The notes under the pieces are model-generated. The model ran no database searches. It was given only the letters and a program-made list of their open reading frames with translations, and was not told where the DNA came from. From IMG/VR virus record IMGVR_UViG_3300029485_000297: DNA of 64,000 nucleotides. The stretch is one strand, 5' to 3'. This DNA comes from a virus. Taxonomy: Duplodnaviria > Heunggongvirae > Uroviricota > Caudoviricetes. Of this stretch, positions 60,754 through 64,000 are shown piece by piece (the stretch's first letter is position 1; every line of letters starts with the position of its first letter). Both the position numbers and the translations under genes were made by a program.

Positions 60754-62670
60754 CAAGAAATTTTTCTTTCATTTGGACAGATTGGAGGTGATTGATATTT
60801 CAGAGTTACATGATACTTTTGAAAAAATAAGTGATGCTACAAAAGTCTTAATAGTTGGTAGGCAGATGGATGCAATAGGGAAAATGATAAGTGCAACAAT
60901 GGAGGCTCAAATACAAAATGAACTTGACCAAAAATATAAGGATTTAAATGTAGAGTCACAAGGAGACTTATTTGAAGATTTACTTAAGGCAGCTAAAGAA
61001 TTTGACCTTTTAGATGATTTAGCACTTATTCCTGAACCACCAAAACAAGATATATCTACTCTTAAGAAGAGAATAAAGTATTGTAAGAATCCTATGGAGA
61101 AAAAGAAATTAGAGCAGGAATTAAATGCTTTATATAAAGAACATAAAAGAAATAGGAGAACTGTATCATGAAGCTGATTAACAAATATGTAAATTCAAGA
61201 TATTCAAAAATGAATGAATATTATTGTGAAATCACAACAGAGCTAGATAAACTTGCTGGACTTGATCCGAATGGACATTGGAAACATTATGTGCTTTGTG
61301 ATTATTGGGACAGTTGTTTACCTATCAGAATTCCAGGTGGAACACTTGGAAGTATTGAGTATGATGAGAATAAGATTATTACAAAAATTCATGTTTGCGC
61401 TGATTATGTTGTGAAAACTTATCCTGATGATGTAAATGAACAGCTTCAGAAGTTTATCGGTCAGAAGATAGAAATTGGAGAATAATATGGCAGATAGACA
61501 GACCAAAACCATACAGTGGATAATAAATCTACCAATGGATTTTCCTTCGGATTGGGATGACGACATGATTGAGTTTCATCTTAATGAATCAAGCTGGTGT
61601 TGTAGTAATCTCATTAGTGAACTTGAAAAGTATGATGAGAAAAATGGCTGCATTTGTGGAATATGTGAGGCAAAAGTAGCTGAGAAAATTGGAGGTGTGA
61701 AATGAAAAAGTATTATAGACAAGCAATCGCATTTCTTTTGGTATGGTTCTGTAGTGGTGTAACGATGTATTCATATCAAGCAGAAAATAAGATACTTGGA
61801 ATCATTTTTACACTTTTAAGTTTCTTATATTGGTTCATTATAGATAAGGATGATTAGGAGAATAACATCATGAAAGGTAAATATAAAGGCTGTGACATAG
61901 AAGTAGGACTAGATAGCTCAGGTTTCTTAACCTTTGCAGTGTTCGATAATGGATACGAAGTGACAAGTGGATTTTCTGATAGTAGTGATTCTGTAAGAGA
62001 TTATTTTAGTTATATGAAAAGCGTGGTAGATAACTATAAAGAACATCCAGAAGATTACAAATAGGAGAAATAAAATGAGATTAATTGATGCAGATAAGTT
62101 GAGTTTTTATTGCAACTATGAAGGTGATTGTTCAGGAGATATATCACACTGCCAAGAGTGTAGTAACTATGTGTTAGATTATAGAGACATAAAAGACCAA
62201 TCAACAGCTTATTATATTGATGGTGTTGTAGGACAGTTGAAAACGGACTCTTCTGTAAAACTGTATGGAAGTGGCAACAGCAATAATTATCTTATTCCTC
62301 TTGAAAAGGCGATTGAGATAGTAAAGGCAGGTGGAACATGTCAATAGGTGATGGAAGAAAAACATATTCCGACAGTACATTAAAATCTATGACAAAAGAT
62401 GAACTAATTGATATTATTCGCTGCTTAGAAAGTAATCTTAGAAATGCTCATGAGACAAATGATATTGAATATGAGAACTGTAAGAGGTTACTAAGTGAAG
62501 AGAAGAATAAAACTCTTGATGAAGTTCTAAAGGCTTGTGACATTGAATGTGGATTGTACAGTGGTGATGTTAAAAAACTTACAAGACACGTTTTGATGAG
62601 AGTATTGGATGGATTGAGAGAATAAATTAATAAGAATGATTCGATTCTTGTGGAAATGTGGAGATAAAAA

Positions 62671-63243
62671 ATGGAGAAATTTTATATTGTAACAAATGAA
62701 AAATTCCTCAAAGAGATTGATGATTATAGAAAACATGAGGAAGAAAGAAGAATATTAGTAAATAATTTTTTTGAGAATAAAGGTATTGCTGGAAAAGAAT
62801 ATTATATTAGTGGAGATGGATTTGTAAATCGTCCATTTAAAGAGCATGAGAAACATAATATTAGATTATATATTGCCCATTGCGATGAAAACAATCAGAA
62901 ATTTGGTAAGGAATTACTAAAACCAACTAAGTTATTCTGCGATTCTAATGTATTAATGAGAAAATTTAGAGCCAATAGCAAAACATTAAAAGAGTTCCAG
63001 GATTTGTGCATTGAAAAAGAAATTGTTATTAATAATCATTCAATTCAAGAAGGAGATTATTTCAAGGAATTACATTTAGGGGGATATTCAATTTTAAAAT
63101 TTGAGTATGGAAATAAATTATATTTGAAGATTTCTACAACAAAATATGAAACTATTACACCAGATAATGATATAGGTTTTACAGAAATTAAAGGTAGTGA
63201 ATTTTATAAAGCACTTGAAGAATTTGAATCAAAAAATAAGTAA
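62671..63243 (+). CDS. hypothetical protein
   Basis: 190-aa ORF after GGAGATAAAAAATGG. Confidence 0.45.
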   Translation: MEKFYIVTNEKFLKEIDDYRKHEEERRILVNNFFENKGIAGKEYYISGDGFVNRPFKEHEKHNIRLYIAHCDENNQKFGKELLKPTKLFCDSNVLMRKFRANSKTLKEFQDLCIEKEIVINNHSIQEGDYFKELHLGGYSILKFEYGNKLYLKISTTKYETITPDNDIGFTEIKGSEFYKALEEFESKNK

Positions 63244-63270
63244 ATATCGGTTTCCTTGAGAGGTAAAATA

Positions 63271-63696
63271 ATGGAGATTTTAGGAAATAAATTAAAAAGA
63301 TTTTTTGACATTGTAGATAATCCACCAAATGATGCTGAAATTACATATGCTGGGAATAGATATGAGGTATGGGAAATATCTAAAAACCTATTTAATAAGA
63401 TGTGTGATATGTCAGAAGATGAATTTGTTAAATTAGCAGGTGAAGAGGCATGGTGGAGACAGTGTAATGGCAGTGTACTTAGTGTTCCTGATACAAAATT
63501 CATTATTAGTGGTGAAGAAATGGTAGGTTGGAATACAAGAGGAGAATATGAAAATTTTCAGTATGCTAAATTGACTGATTATCTATGCTATGGAATTGGA
63601 GCATCGCAACCTAAAAATGTATGTGCTTGTTGTGTGGATCTTGCAAAATACAATGATATGACAATGGCAGAATTATTTGAAAAGTATGGAGAATAA
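63271..63696 (+). CDS. hypothetical protein
   Basis: ATG 63271 after GAGAGGTAAAATA. The tool ORF starts slightly upstream. Confidence 0.4.
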   Translation: MEILGNKLKRFFDIVDNPPNDAEITYAGNRYEVWEISKNLFNKMCDMSEDEFVKLAGEEAWWRQCNGSVLSVPDTKFIISGEEMVGWNTRGEYENFQYAKLTDYLCYGIGASQPKNVCACCVDLAKYNDMTMAELFEKYGE

Positions 63697-64000
63697 CTTA
63701 TTAGGGAGGTGCATGACATATCGAAAAATATCCAAGTATCGAAGATGTATCAAATTACTTAGTTGAAGAAATGAAGAAGTATGACGAGTCTTATGATGGT
63801 GAAGTAAAAGATGTTGAACTTGACAAAGAACAAGTAGATAAACAGACGATAGAATGGATAAAACTAGCTTTATCTAATTCTGGTTATCCAAGTAAGGAAT
63901 GCAAAGAAAGATTAAAAAGAATATATGAAGGAGTTAAACACGATGGAGAATAATAAGGTAAGACAGTTTATTGATTTACTTGTCAATGAAGAAGAAACAA

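Overview
AT-rich 64-kb stretch that reads as a temperate phage or prophage region of a low-GC (Firmicutes-type) host. More than 100 short, tightly packed ORFs are present, almost all on the + strand, with Shine-Dalgarno sites of the GGAGG type. Recognisable content, from left to right:

- 154-3382: a HigB/HigA-like toxin-antitoxin pair, two HicA-like toxins (the second at 10093) and an HTH-ParB nuclease fusion.
- 13215-14105: a short tyrosine recombinase.
- 23045-24871: a lysogeny module made of a tyrosine integrase, a divergent XRE repressor with a near-consensus sigma70 promoter, and a MazF/PemK-like protein.
- 26272-32643: an accessory island with a sigma-70 family protein and a DUF262 protein. 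The most notable locus is a 462-aa TnpB/Cas12-family RuvC nuclease (29770-31158). It is flanked by three CRISPR-like mini-arrays of 36-nt repeats and 30-nt spacers. Each array is preceded by a homologous ~75-nt leader in which stem changes are compensatory and an anti-repeat-like segment co-varies with its repeat. No cas1/cas2 is present. An SPFH protein, tRNA-Gln(TTG) and tRNA-Lys(TTT) follow.
- 37378-59360: a counter-defence and metabolic region with a TARG1/OARD1-like macro domain plus a metallophosphoesterase, at least six or seven DNA methyltransferases (one C5, three Dam-like, two beta-class N6/N4, one NPPF-motif), a complete Preiss-Handler NAD+ salvage set (PncA-PncB-NadD-NadE), an HNH nuclease, an Rnl2-like RNA ligase, and a radical-SAM enzyme preceded by two paralogs sharing an identical N-terminal 20-aa module.
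- 59437-60753: a LemA-type membrane pair.

All calls come from motif reading by eye. No database search was possible.
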